The notes below the pieces were generated by a model. The model was not told the DNA's origin, made no database searches, and worked only from the letters and a program-made list of their open reading frames with translations. DNA of 64,000 nt from the human T2T-CHM13v2.0 reference genome, Homo sapiens. The stretch lies in assembly GCF_009914755.1 (NCBI RefSeq), contig NC_060932.1. One strand, written 5' to 3'. This document shows, piece after piece, positions 53,197 to 64,000 of this stretch (position 1 is the stretch's first letter; the number at the start of each line of letters is the position of its first letter). Position numbers and translations under genes: made by a program.

Positions 53197-53521
53197 TTTT
53201 GTTTGTTTGTTTTTTTGTTTGTTTGTTTGTTTGTTTTTTGAGACAGAGTCTAGCTCTGTTGCCCAGGCTGGAGTGCAGTGGAACGATCTCTGCTCACTGC
53301 AAGCTCCACCTCCTGGGTTCATGCCATTCTCCTTCCCCAGCATCCTGAGTAGCTGGGACTACAGGTGCCTGCCACCATGCCCGGCTAATTTTGTTGTATT
53401 TTTAGTAGAAACGGGGTTTCACCGTGTTAACCAGGATGGTCTTGATCTCCTGACCTCGTGATCCGCCCACCTCGGCCTCCCAAAGTGCTGAGATTATAGG
53501 CATGAGCCACCACGCCTGGCC
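53197..53521 (-). mobile_element. AluY with (TTTG)n tail
   Basis: GCAAGCTCC, TTCATGCCATTCTCC and CACCGTGTTAACCAGGATGGTC. Diverged TSD ATTATGTGTCAG/ACTATGGGTCAG. Confidence 0.95.
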
Positions 53522-54816
53522 ACTATGGGTCAGTTTTTAATGATACTCGCTGTTGCTTCACAATGCAGTTGGTACATGTCTTTATCAAGTTACCAGGAAA
53601 ACAATACTAAGGAGTTACCAAAGGTCAAATTCTCATGCAGCAGGAAATGAGATATTATTAGCTCTTTATGTGCAAGGAGTAGCTAGTTTATTGAGAAATC
53701 ATAATGTGTTAGGGTATAAAAATAAAACTATGTTATTATTTGTCAGTAAGTGCCCCAAAGTACTCTGTTGAATCTCACCTTTCACACTTGCTGGGTGAGC
53801 TTCAATAATAGAATCATAGCTATAATCTTGACTTTCATTCATTTATTAAAACAGTCACTTAGAGTTCTTAAAACCCAGAATCTCATAAGCATTTCATAAC
53901 CCCTCTCTCCTTCTGCCCCACCCTGAGAAGATGGAATGAAAGGGGATTTGGTCTGGCTCTCACAAGCTTTTCCCTCACATGTATTGCCCACATATTGGCA
54001 AAAATGAAAGAGATGAAGTAAAGCAGCTCTAGGAGGCCTCCCTGAATGAGGAGGCAGTTCCTGTCTGGATGGTCTCGCTGTTGACCTGGCTGGTGCATGG
54101 TTTGACAAAGATGGATGGGGTATTGTCAACTAGTCAAGGCTCATTCTTAGCTAGTCTCCCCAGTATTAGTGCTTCCATGTGAGATTTAGCCACATCTTCT
54201 GCCCAACTCCCACTACAACCTTACCTTGCATTCCTCTCAAATACAGACTGCAGCCAACAATCTCATCAGACATCCACTATCAACTTGAGGTCCACAGGCC
54301 TGTTCAGACTCCACCTTACATATTAGAAACTGGAAACCCAAGAATATTCAAGTTGAAGGTTGTGTGAGACTCACCTTGGCCTGGCAGAAGCCACCATGCC
54401 ATCTCTCCCCAGTGTTTTCATTCCCTACTCCACCAGCACAGAAATTCTGGTGTCAATGCAGATGTCCAGCTAGGGAAGAAGTGTCAATTTCCTCTTCTTA
54501 TAGGCACATCTAACTCTAATGAGTTATTCTTTTCAGGTTTTCCTTTCTTAGATTTGGAAAAATAAAGTGCTCCCTTCCACACCCTAACAAAGTCTGTTCT
54601 CCTGACAAAGCGGTATCTCTTCCCTTTCCATGTCACCTTGTTAGTCTGAGTGTGTATGGGGAGTGAGAATATTGGGACGAGAAGGATGTAAAGCCATGCT
54701 GCTGAGACAGTACTTCTCTGCAAAACCGGATGGGGCATAGCTGGCTCAAAGCTGTCAGATCTATGAGAGAAGAATATAGGTCTACCTAACACCTCTGTTC
54801 TCAGATATAAATTAGG

Positions 54817-55205
54817 GTTATGGGCTGAATTTTGTAGCCCCAAAACTACTATGTTGAAGCCCTAATCTCCAGTAGTTCAGAATTTGACTGTATTTAGAGA
54901 CAATATCTTTAAATAGGTAATTAAGTTAGAATGAGGTCATTGGGGTGGGCCCTAATCCACCATGATTGATGCCCTTATGAGAAAAGGAGATTATGACACA
55001 GACATGTGCAGAAGGAAGACCATATGAAGACAGCAGAAGAAGATGGCCAGCTACAAGACAAGTTGAGAGTTCCTCAGAAGAAACTAGCCCTGTCTACTCC
55101 TTGATTTTGGACTTCTAGCCTCCAAAATAGTGAGAAGATAAGTTTCTGTTGTTTAAGCCCCTGAGTCTGTGGTATTTGTTATGGAAGTCCTAAGAGACTC
55201 GCATA
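54817..55205 (+). mobile_element. MLT1B-like MaLR solo LTR
   Basis: TTATGGGCTGAATT...GGGTGGGCCCTAATCC...TTGGACTTCTAGCCTCC...GTGGTATTTGTTATGG. Confidence 0.88.
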
Positions 55206-56169
55206 GTCAGGAAGGCAAGAGCCTGCTGTACACATAACATCCCATGTTCAAATGCTCCAGAAGACAGTGTTGCCAAGTTGTTGTACAGGCTCTTACCTGC
55301 AGCAATGGTTTTCTGCCCAAGAAGGCTTAGGTTAACATTGGCGAGATTCATGACAAAATAGCAGGTAGGAAAGGGTTTTCATATTTTCTCTGGGGAATAT
55401 ATAGTTTAAACTTACCAGAGCTCAAGGGATCAAACTGGATTCAAGAAGACTGGAACTTGGGTGAGATCTTCTGATTGGTCTCTATTATTATGTCACTTGG
55501 TTTAGAAAAAAATGATGTTAAAAGGGTTCAGTCCTCATTTTCAGTCACTGATTTGTAAACTATCCTCCCTTTTATTCAGTTTTACTATCTGTGTATTCCT
55601 CACAACTGAGGAAAGTGATTCTAATAAGCTATAATTTTTTACTTCTGAACCACTTGCTTGGTTCATTCATGTTGGAAAAGTAATCAATAACAATCATTTT
55701 AAATAAATCACGAGGACTTCCCTTATTCTTTCCTTTTAACAAAGCAAGTTCAGGAAAATTAATTCTTCTTTGCTTATTCTTTTAGTCAAGTAGGGAATTT
55801 TATTTTTGTCTAAGCTTCATTGCTACGGATAGTCACAGTGGCATTCAAATACTTGCCCCAAGAGGTTTAATTGGGATGTTAATAGAATCCATATAAAAGA
55901 AGTTACCTGCAAAAGTGTACATATGAACAGTTAAGTTTCTCTAGCAAGTATGGTGTGGAAAAATGACTCATTCTGACTGCGCAACTATTAAGTCTTTTGG
56001 ATAAAGTGTTCTCAGATAATTGGCAGATAATTTAGGTCAAGTATTTCTTGTCTATATGTCTAATCCCATCCCCTTCCTGTTTTCTCTCTCCAAAGCTTTC
56101 CTCATGAACTGACTCTATATCTGTATCCATAAAGTTTTAATAATTAGTTACATTTTTTTTAATTAAATA

Positions 56170-56620
56170 ATGGTGATTATGGAAGCCATGGTCAGATGCC
56201 ATTCAGATCTCCTTTCGAGAGAAATCTGCATTGAAGAAGTCAGTTAGTTGACAGCCTGCAGCTACCAGTCCTTCAGGACCTATCACGGCTTACTCTCCAA
56301 GGCCACGTTCTCCCCAGTCTGCTCCTAGCAAATCACTGATCACAGCAAGGGCACAAACCAGACTATTTCTGCCTAATGAGGTCTTCCTTTAGCAGACCAT
56401 CTTGCATCGGTCTTTGTTCAGAGGTACAAGGTGATCCAAACCCTTCAAACCCAACTCTCCTCCTTCCTTCTCTCCTGTCCAAGGTGTCAGACCTATATTG
56501 CGTACTGAAAACTCTCCCTGCCTATTCCTACTCTCCTGTGCCTTATCTTTCACCCATTTTCCCAATTTATTCTCTTGCATTTTTGGTGTCTGCTTCACAA
56601 AGGACTCTGCCCAGTGTGAC
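56170..56620 (+). mobile_element. LTR16-like ERVL LTR
   Basis: TCAGATCTCCTTTC, GTTGACAGCCTGCAGCT, CAAATCACTGA and TTGGTGTCTGCTTC. Confidence 0.7.
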
Positions 56621-58429
56621 AATCTCTGTACAGCCTGCAGAAAAAAAAGTGTTTTTAGAGAAAGGGGTAGAGAGATACTCTTCACCACTACTCTTACTGC
56701 AGCAAACCATTACCTTCTGGGGGAAACAGAAGGGTGTAATTTAATATAAGATTCCAAATCTAGGGTTTTTTTTAAACATTTAACACTAGAATAATTAATG
56801 GAAAATAGATGAAGACAGTCTCTCAAAATAAGCAAGTTAATCCCACTTTTTTCATTTCGAGTCCATCTTTTTATTGCCCACAACACTCTCAACTCAATTA
56901 CATCTTACTTCAAACTAAAAACTAACATCCATTTTCAATAACTATACTTTAATAAACACATACCCATTACTTCTTGTGCCTTATATCTCCCTGTACACAA
57001 AGAACATTATAAATATATTAAGTAAACAACCACATGCATATGGGTTAATTACTTAGCACAAAAACTGCAAGATCCCTTAGAGATGTCATCTGTATGACAG
57101 GATTGGTGTTTACCCAAGGCTAACAGATATTTAGAATAGGAAGGTAACAAATGCAATTTAATCAGTGAAGAGCTCTAATTTACTTGTATCAAACAATATA
57201 ATTACATAAGGCAACATAAGCATAAAGTTTCCTATGATAATAATGATTATGAAAAGGAAGAGGAAGAGCACATCAGTTTTTACTGAGTGCATTTTACATA
57301 AATTTTCTAATTATTAACCAATTTAAAGTGCAAACTCCATCACATGATCACATTTGAATTGTTCAGGACACAAATTAAACTTTTCTCATTAGAGGAATAT
57401 GTGTGTTTTCATTTCAACCAGCAAAAAACAGAAGGAAAACACAGGAATGTGAAGAGTTAAAAATGAAATGTTCAATCTGTTATTTGGTTAGTCTTCAGGC
57501 TTCAGAACAAATCTTCAAGTCCCCTATTACACTATTCTCGTCCCTTCAGGGACTGCTCTTTCTCCCAGCGTTGTGTCCAAGTTTGGGAGTGTCCTGAGGA
57601 GCCAAGTTGCCTGAGTGGGGATTGTCCCTTTCATCCTTGAGTAATCTGATGCTATCTTTGACTGTGTCTGCCTAGATAATCCTTCCAGACAATGTTTTGC
57701 TGGGTCCTTCTATCTACTCAGGATTTTACCTGAAAACAGATGTGTTCTCTTGTATTCCCAAGCCCTCCAACCCCTCTTTCTGAAACAGTTCTACTTCCAC
57801 ATGGCTCTACCCAAAAATGAGTGTAAAAGCACTCCTTTCTCTGAAGCATCAAAAGCACTCTGCTGGCCATTAATTTTCCATATTTCATTCATCTAATTCT
57901 AATTCACCAGTCAACATTATCGTTTTCAAATTTGTCAGAAACCCCTGCTCTCTTTTTTGATCTTTCTCTCAAATATTTTGTCTGTGTCCCTAAGCTTTCA
58001 ACTTCCCTTGAAGGTTTAGGCTTTTGGATTGGAAAGCCAAAAGATAGCAAGCTTTCTCTGATTGCTGTTCTGTAGATTCTTCTCCTGGGGCAACAAGCAC
58101 AATAGCAAACATCTGCTTTAAAAGGAAAAGAAAAAGGGGAAACTACCAAGAGAGGAAGAACCATATTATTCTGCCACTTCAGCATATGGCTAGACAGTAA
58201 ATTAAAGTTTTAGAGTTGGGAGGAACATTAGAAGTTTCCAAATTCAACCTCTTTTCCTATCTTCTCTGTTATATGTTCCTGACAGATGGTCAAACAGATT
58301 CCATAATTTCAGTGACAAATAATTCAGTTCCTCATAAGAGAGTGCATTCCTTCAAGAATCATTAGACTTCTTAGAAAGTTCATTCTTATATTGAGTAAGC
58401 ATCTGTTTCCATTATGGGTAACAGAAGCT

Positions 58430-58860
58430 GACGGGAATAATATTGGCCTTGGATCTAAACAGCCAGAGATGGTTCAGATAGTCTCTAGAAGCTTCAGTTT
58501 CTTTATCTACAAAATGGAGCAGATGATACCTATCTTTCAAAATTATTGGGAAGATTAAGTGAAATAAATATACATAAATACCTGGTATACTGTTTGTTGT
58601 AGTAGATGTTTGCTAAACATTAAATCTGTGCACCTTAAAACATCCAGTAACAGTCCAAACTCATTCATTCATTTATTCATACAATATTGATTGACCATTT
58701 ATCTTATTCCAAATCCTGGAATAAACCCTGGTAGTATAGCAGAGAATAAAACAAATTTATACCTTGGCGTAAGGAAAGATAGTGTATCCAGTATAAACAT
58801 TGAATTACTAATGTGAGAAGTTCTGTCAAGTAAAAATTCTACTTAGTATAAAGAGAGCAC
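58430..58860. mobile_element. MIR (+) followed by L2 3' end (-)
   Basis: GCTTCAGTTTCTTTATCTACAAAATGG...GAAGATTAAGTGAAATAA, then TCATTCATTCATTTATTCA. Confidence 0.65.
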
Positions 58861-58897
58861 ATGCAACAGGAAACATTAAAAACATCTATTTTCAATC

Positions 58898-58928
58898 TCA
58901 CACATAGACACAGACAGACAGACAGACA

Positions 58929-58959
<31 letters not shown>
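58898..58959. repeat. Compound (GACA)n(CA)n microsatellite
   Basis: Seen directly in the sequence. Confidence 0.95.
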
Positions 58960-58963
<4 letters not shown>

Positions 58964-60133
58964 CCATAACGTATTCTCTCCCCTTACAGAGTCTTTTTAT
59001 ATCAAGAATAAACACTCCAAAGTCTTTATCTATTCTTCAGATAGCATGGTTATTTGATGGCTTAATGTTTCCTATTACAATGTGGAATGTTGAAAAATCC
59101 TTTTTTATGTTAACTTTAAACTTAATAAAGAATTTATATTATTTTAAGTTCTTCATGTTATTTCTGTCTCTTTCCATGTATACAATAACAACTGTAAGTA
59201 TGTATATTACTTTTATAGTTTGCCCATTCTACGTGCTAATTTTTATTTGCTATTATATTTTCTTCTTCAATGTTGAGAAGGAAAATAAGTTTTAAGAGAA
59301 ACTACAATTTATTTCCTTTTGGAAACTTATTTTTAAAATTCATTATATCTAGATTGAGTTTCTAAGTTTCTCCTCATCACTAGACCTACTGCTGTTGTGA
59401 TGCAACAAAAAGTGCTTGGGTATCATCCTTTATAAGGAGACATCTGCACTAAGTACCTATAGTCTCATGCTTACTCTGTCTAGCTGCCCTAGGCTCCTGC
59501 TCACAGAACACAGCCCCCAGAGACCAGGTCTCTCCCTCCTTCTGCACACTTCAGTATTTAAGCCATCAGTCTGATTTTATCTCACATTGTTCATTTTCTT
59601 CTGGTTTTAAGAAGAATTTGCACTTGGAGATTACTTGTACATTTTGCATTTCAGGCCTGGAATTGACCCCATCAGAAGCTCCCAAACAATGAATTTGCAC
59701 TCTTTACCCCATTAATATACATTTAACAACCAAAGTTGTACTGATGTATCAGGTTTTAAAACCTCAGTAGATGATGTGCTTGTTCCCAAAATACTCTTTC
59801 CCTTTCTTTGTAAAATAAATCTCCTTGGAGTTCACTGTGCCTTTATGTTAGAAGAACGCATTTTAAAGAATGTTCAGAAAATCCTACTTAGCCCAGAATT
59901 CCTATCCCCTTATCTGAATTTCCTCTTCTTTATCTCTTTGACCCTGGAATTCAATAAATTTGAATATTAATTTTGAGATTCAATCATCGAGTCAGATGAG
60001 TTTCCCAATAAAGAAATTGACAAAGTCTCAGTTGGACCTGAACGAGCCCTGAGAAAAATTACATCATATCTCAGTTTCCTCAGCTGTACCAAGGGAAGTT
60101 CACTGGCATTGGGCTCCTTGGCCACCGCACTGA

Positions 60134-60136
60134 AAA

Positions 60137-60179
<43 letters not shown>

Positions 60180-60182
60180 AAT
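60134..60182. repeat. (TAAA)n microsatellite
   Basis: About 11 perfect TAAA units. Confidence 0.97.
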
Positions 60183-60308
60183 TGCACATGTTAAGGAAAG
60201 GAGGTAAGAGGGAAAGAAGACTCCTTCACCTTACTGAGTGTCTTTAAGTTCGGCTCCGTTCTTGACCCACCCCACCCATCTGAATTAGCTTGCTTCAGAA
60301 GAGCCAGT

Positions 60309-60490
60309 GGGACTGCGCACTAATCACAGGGTGTTTCCCAGGGTCTCAGGCACCAGTCCCGGAGTTTTTCCCAGCAGGGCTGTGCACCAATCATAGCGCC
60401 TCACCCAGAAATGCCATGCACCATCATGAGGTTTCTCCCAACCGGGCCATGCACCAATTACAGGGCTTCTTACAACGGGGCCCCGTGCCC
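60309..60490 (+). promoter_or_regulatory. Degenerate ~33-34 bp tandem array with CCAAT(-like) boxes; candidate NF-Y promoter
   Basis: GCAC cores at 60317, 60350, 60384, 60418 and 60451, followed by TAATCA, CAGTCC, CAATCA, CATCA and CAATTA. The repeat is visible in the sequence, but the promoter role is inference. Confidence 0.45.
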
Positions 60491-61608
60491 CTGGACCAGT
60501 CCTGACTACACACCTTCCTCAGCAGCTACCATGCCAGGGCCAGAGGGTAACGAGGCAGGCACTTGTCCTTGAAAAAAGGAAGAAATATCACCCTCCCTCT
60601 GTGAATACATGTGATTGTTCTCACTGTCTCCCTTGAAAGCTTTATTCTCGGAAGTACACGCTACTATGCTACGGCAGATGTACAATCTGGGAAGTTTTCC
60701 AAATTCGTCACTGGAAAGCATGGAGTATTCAGCATTAGCGCCTCCGTGGAAGTTTCTGTCTCTGCCTCAGTCAGTCTGGCTGGCAGCACTGAAGAGTAGA
60801 CGGTTGTCCAGAGGCTGGGTAAGTGGGAGCTGGAATCCTGTGACAGAGGCACTCCCAGCCAGCTTCTCAATTTGCAGAGCTGTTAAGGTTTTCCCTGACA
60901 GCTGCACACATGCCACATGAGCAAAACGGTCCACTGATGAGGCACCAGCTTGAGATTTTCTGAATAAGCTAACCTCTGGGAAAGTGTAAAGTCATGAGCT
61001 TCACCGCGCAGTATCTACAAGGGAAGGATGCAAGAGCAATTGTCATTCTCATTGCTTCCAGCACAGGTGGAAGGAGACACTGCGGATGGTAACTTCCTTA
61101 CCAATTTCCATTATGTGCCCTGATACTTTAGATCCTGAGCAGAAGCCAAGGAATAAATTATGAAAACAACGATTTGTTCCCCTAATATAATGCAGGTTCG
61201 TATCAGGGCTATAATCCCTGCCATCTAAAACACGGGATCAAGTTGTCCGACTCTCAGAGGCCATTAAAAACATTCACGTATTTTAGAGTTTTTCACAGTT
61301 TCAAGTACGTAGTTCAGTGTTTGTCTTATGAGAAGTTCTTGAAGCTAAGTAGCAGCTGGCCTTCTTTATCTTGCATTACCCATTATCTCCTACATTGTAG
61401 AAGTGCTTTCAGCCCTGAAGCAGGTGTTATTGTAGAGAGGTGCACTGAAAGAAAGCTTGGAGGATCTTAAATGCCTGTGCTCTAGAAGGTAACCCGAGAA
61501 AGAGGAGAGATGCGGGGACATTCCACCGTGTCTGATCCTGACGCTGTTCCAACTGTACGGCTTAGACAACAAGCAGAGCGGGGGATGTTGAGGCTGAGCG
61601 CTAGGGTG

Positions 61609-61624
61609 GCTGCCATCTGGGTGG
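61609..61624 (-). promoter_or_regulatory. CTCF-like motif
   Basis: Reverse complement CCACCCAGATGGCAGC matches CCASYAGRKGGCRS at 12 of 14 positions. Confidence 0.35.
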
Positions 61625-61976
61625 ACTTGCCTGAGTTAAAGGAAATGGAGGATTCTTGAATATTTTCAAGTAGATTTCCAGTTGTCTCAAGATTCAAGAA
61701 TTTTTAACATAACTACAATGTTGTTGCTATTGGTTTGTGGATTTTGTTTTTTAATCCAAGTGAGAAAAAAATTTGGAATATTTGAGAATGTTAAATTCTA
61801 AAATCGTTAATAAGGCCTATTAAGTCCTGCATGTTCTGGGTTCTGTCTTCCTCTGTCACCTCATCTCAGGCCACTCACCTGTACAAAAGGAAAGAAACTA
61901 CTTTGTTTTCATTTTGTTTCTAACAAGATTTATCAAGGCAGGTTTCATGGAAGTGAGGAGGTATGAGCTGGCACAT

Positions 61977-62470
61977 TGTGTCAGTTAGCTATTTAATGTG
62001 GCTGCAAAACAAGCCACATTAAAACATAGTAGCCTGAAGTATCAATAATAGCCATTATTATTGCTCATGAATCGAAGAGCAAGCTAATAGGTCTTCTGGA
62101 CTCTCTTTAAATTATTCATGTGTCCATGGCCAGCTTCAGGTTAGGCAGGCAGCTTTGCTGATCTTTGAGCATTTTTATGTATTTGGAGATAGCACTGCTG
62201 TTAGCTGGCCTATAATGATCTTGGCTTTTCTCGGCATAATCTTCCAGCAGGCCATCCTGGGCTTTTTGTCCAGTCATGGCAGGTTCCGAGAGAGAAGGAT
62301 CTCAAGGCCACTTGAAGCCTAGTCTTGAGCTGGCGGACTTCACATTTCTCATTCTGTTGGCCAGAGAAAATGAAGAAGCCAGCCCAGATTCAGGAGCTGG
62401 AGAAATGCACTCAGCCTCTTGAAGGAAGGATCTTCAAAGTTGTATTGTAAAGGGCATAGATAAGGGTCCA
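61977..62470 (-). mobile_element. MLT1F/G/H-like MaLR LTR
   Basis: TGTGTCAGTTAGCTATT...TTCTCATTCTGTTGGCCAGAG...AGCCAGCCCAGATTCAG. Confidence 0.75.
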
Positions 62471-62719
62471 TTTTTATAATCAAATTACCACAAACTTCAA
62501 AGATAAGTAGAAGCACAACTGGCAAAGATAATGTGTAAATATGCATCCAGGTATAAGAAGCAATTTGAGAAAAGCACAACACAGGTTCTATAAAGGGCAA
62601 AGAGAATTGCTGCCAGAACAAAGATTTTGTGTGTGCAGGCCTAGAAGAACACTCAAGATTTATGAGAAAGAGGACTAGAAATAACACCTGGGAGGACCTT
62701 CCATTCCACACTAAAGAAT

Positions 62720-63350
62720 CTATGATCAGTTGAAGCAACCAAGAATTATAGCAGTTCTCTTGTGCAGCATTGATCACTGATCCCCATTTCTTATTCTGGA
62801 AACTGCCCCCTTCTGTGCATTCAATGATAACTACTCTTTCTTTGTGTACTTATTATTTCTCTAATGTTTATTCTTCACTGTTTTAGTTCTCTGTCTCCAT
62901 CCTCTGTTAATTTGAGGCCACTCGACATTCTCTGCTTAGCCTTTTGTTGTTCAAAAATACCTCCTCAACAATTTCATCCACTTCATTAATTTTCACTAAT
63001 GTCATTTGATGGCTGTCAGATCTATAGCCCTCCCAGATTCTGGAGAGCTGTGATCTTGTTTATGTAACTGCATCCTGGACATACATCTGCAGTTCTAACT
63101 TAACTTGTTTCAAAGACAATCTCCTTATTTTGCCTTCTATGCTCCTCATTCTCCTGTGTATTCTCCTAGTTAAAGACCACTGTTATCCATTCAAATACAC
63201 AAGTCAGGAAGTCAGGAAACACCTGAACATCCTCTCTTTCCCTCATTTCTTACATTGAGTCTGCAGGTCCTGAGTCAGTTATATTTCCTAATATGTTATC
63301 AGTATCTGAATGCTCTATTTATGAGCTGTGGCTGTGGCTCATTGGGTGCT
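62720..63350 (+). mobile_element. L2 LINE relic
   Basis: GCAGCATTGATCACTGAT, GATGGCTGTCAGATCTATAGCC and AACTGCATCCTGGACAT. Confidence 0.6.
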
Positions 63351-64000
63351 TCAAATTGTGTAGGAAGGACAGAGATAATTTGCCTCACTTAATTTTAATT
63401 GGAAGATGGTTTTACTGATGTCTTAATGATATCTTGATCAAGTCATATATAAGTAAAAAATTATTTTTTGAAGCATTCCATAATTTGCTTCTAATAACCT
63501 AAGATTATACACCTCATTACAAGAGGCAAGTGTGTTATCCTGAAAGACTGGCAAGAGCATGCCTTTCAATGTAACTTTTGACCTTTTTATGCACTAGACC
63601 CAGAAATCTTGTTTTCATGTGACTTGCAGTCATATGGCATATAGCATTTCTCCATGGTCAGTGCAAAGGCTTAGCCCATCTGCATCTTGGCACGATATGA
63701 ATTGGGCTCTTCCTCCAAGTCTGACAACAGTACACACAATGAACACTGAAATTTCATAAGTTCTGCTCACCACCTTAAGCAAGGGTTATTTAAGCAGCTT
63801 TCTAAAAACAAAATCTTATGTGGAACCTCACACATAAAGCAAATAAAAGAAGAGCTTGCTTTGTTAAAGTATGGATAAAAGTACCCAAACTTTGCCCCTG
63901 GTCTCCATCCCAACCTTTCTAATCACCTCCTGCAAAGCCCTTGGAGCACTCTAACTAATCTTAAGGCTCTGAAAAATCCAACTAAAAATATCACGAACCT

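Noticed and set aside
60134-60182. (TAAA)n as tail of a processed pseudogene
   Set aside because: No identifiable retrocopy body or TSD upstream, so I treat it as a simple STR.
60309-60490. CRISPR-like appearance of regularly spaced repeats (also 32095-32198)
   Set aside because: The context is primate DNA, the units are contiguous and degenerate without unique spacers, and there are no cas genes.
60615-60920. 101-aa ORF in the CpG-retaining region
   Set aside because: It has a non-ATG start, no recognisable homology and reads through the candidate splice donor. There is no evidence of coding.

Overview
This is AT-rich, non-coding primate genomic DNA. AluY, L1PA, THE1 and MADE1 copies imply a catarrhine, probably human, source, and the window looks intergenic or deep-intronic. 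I recognise no protein-coding gene, RNA gene or CRISPR array. All listed ORFs look like chance or repeat-derived frames. Much of the window is interspersed repeat: 5 Alus, L1PA 3' stubs, an orphan L1PB 5'UTR, HAL1, many L2/MIR relics, MaLR LTRs (THE1, MST, MLT1, two of them nested), ERV1/ERVL LTRs, and Tigger, mariner and hAT DNA elements. Repeat subfamily names come from recalled consensus sequences and need RepeatMasker confirmation. The best candidate for unexplained function is 60240-61625. It is relatively CpG-retaining, mostly unique sequence with a degenerate ~33-34 bp-period CCAAT-box array, a strong downstream splice donor and a CTCF-like motif, so it may be a lncRNA or germline promoter. 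Other points of interest are a 36-bp triplication that builds an NR5A/ERR motif cluster, several templated-insertion or hairpin scars, a possible TPRT retrocopy of an LTR 3' end, and an inverted Alu pair. I cannot support a claim of a new biological system from sequence alone.
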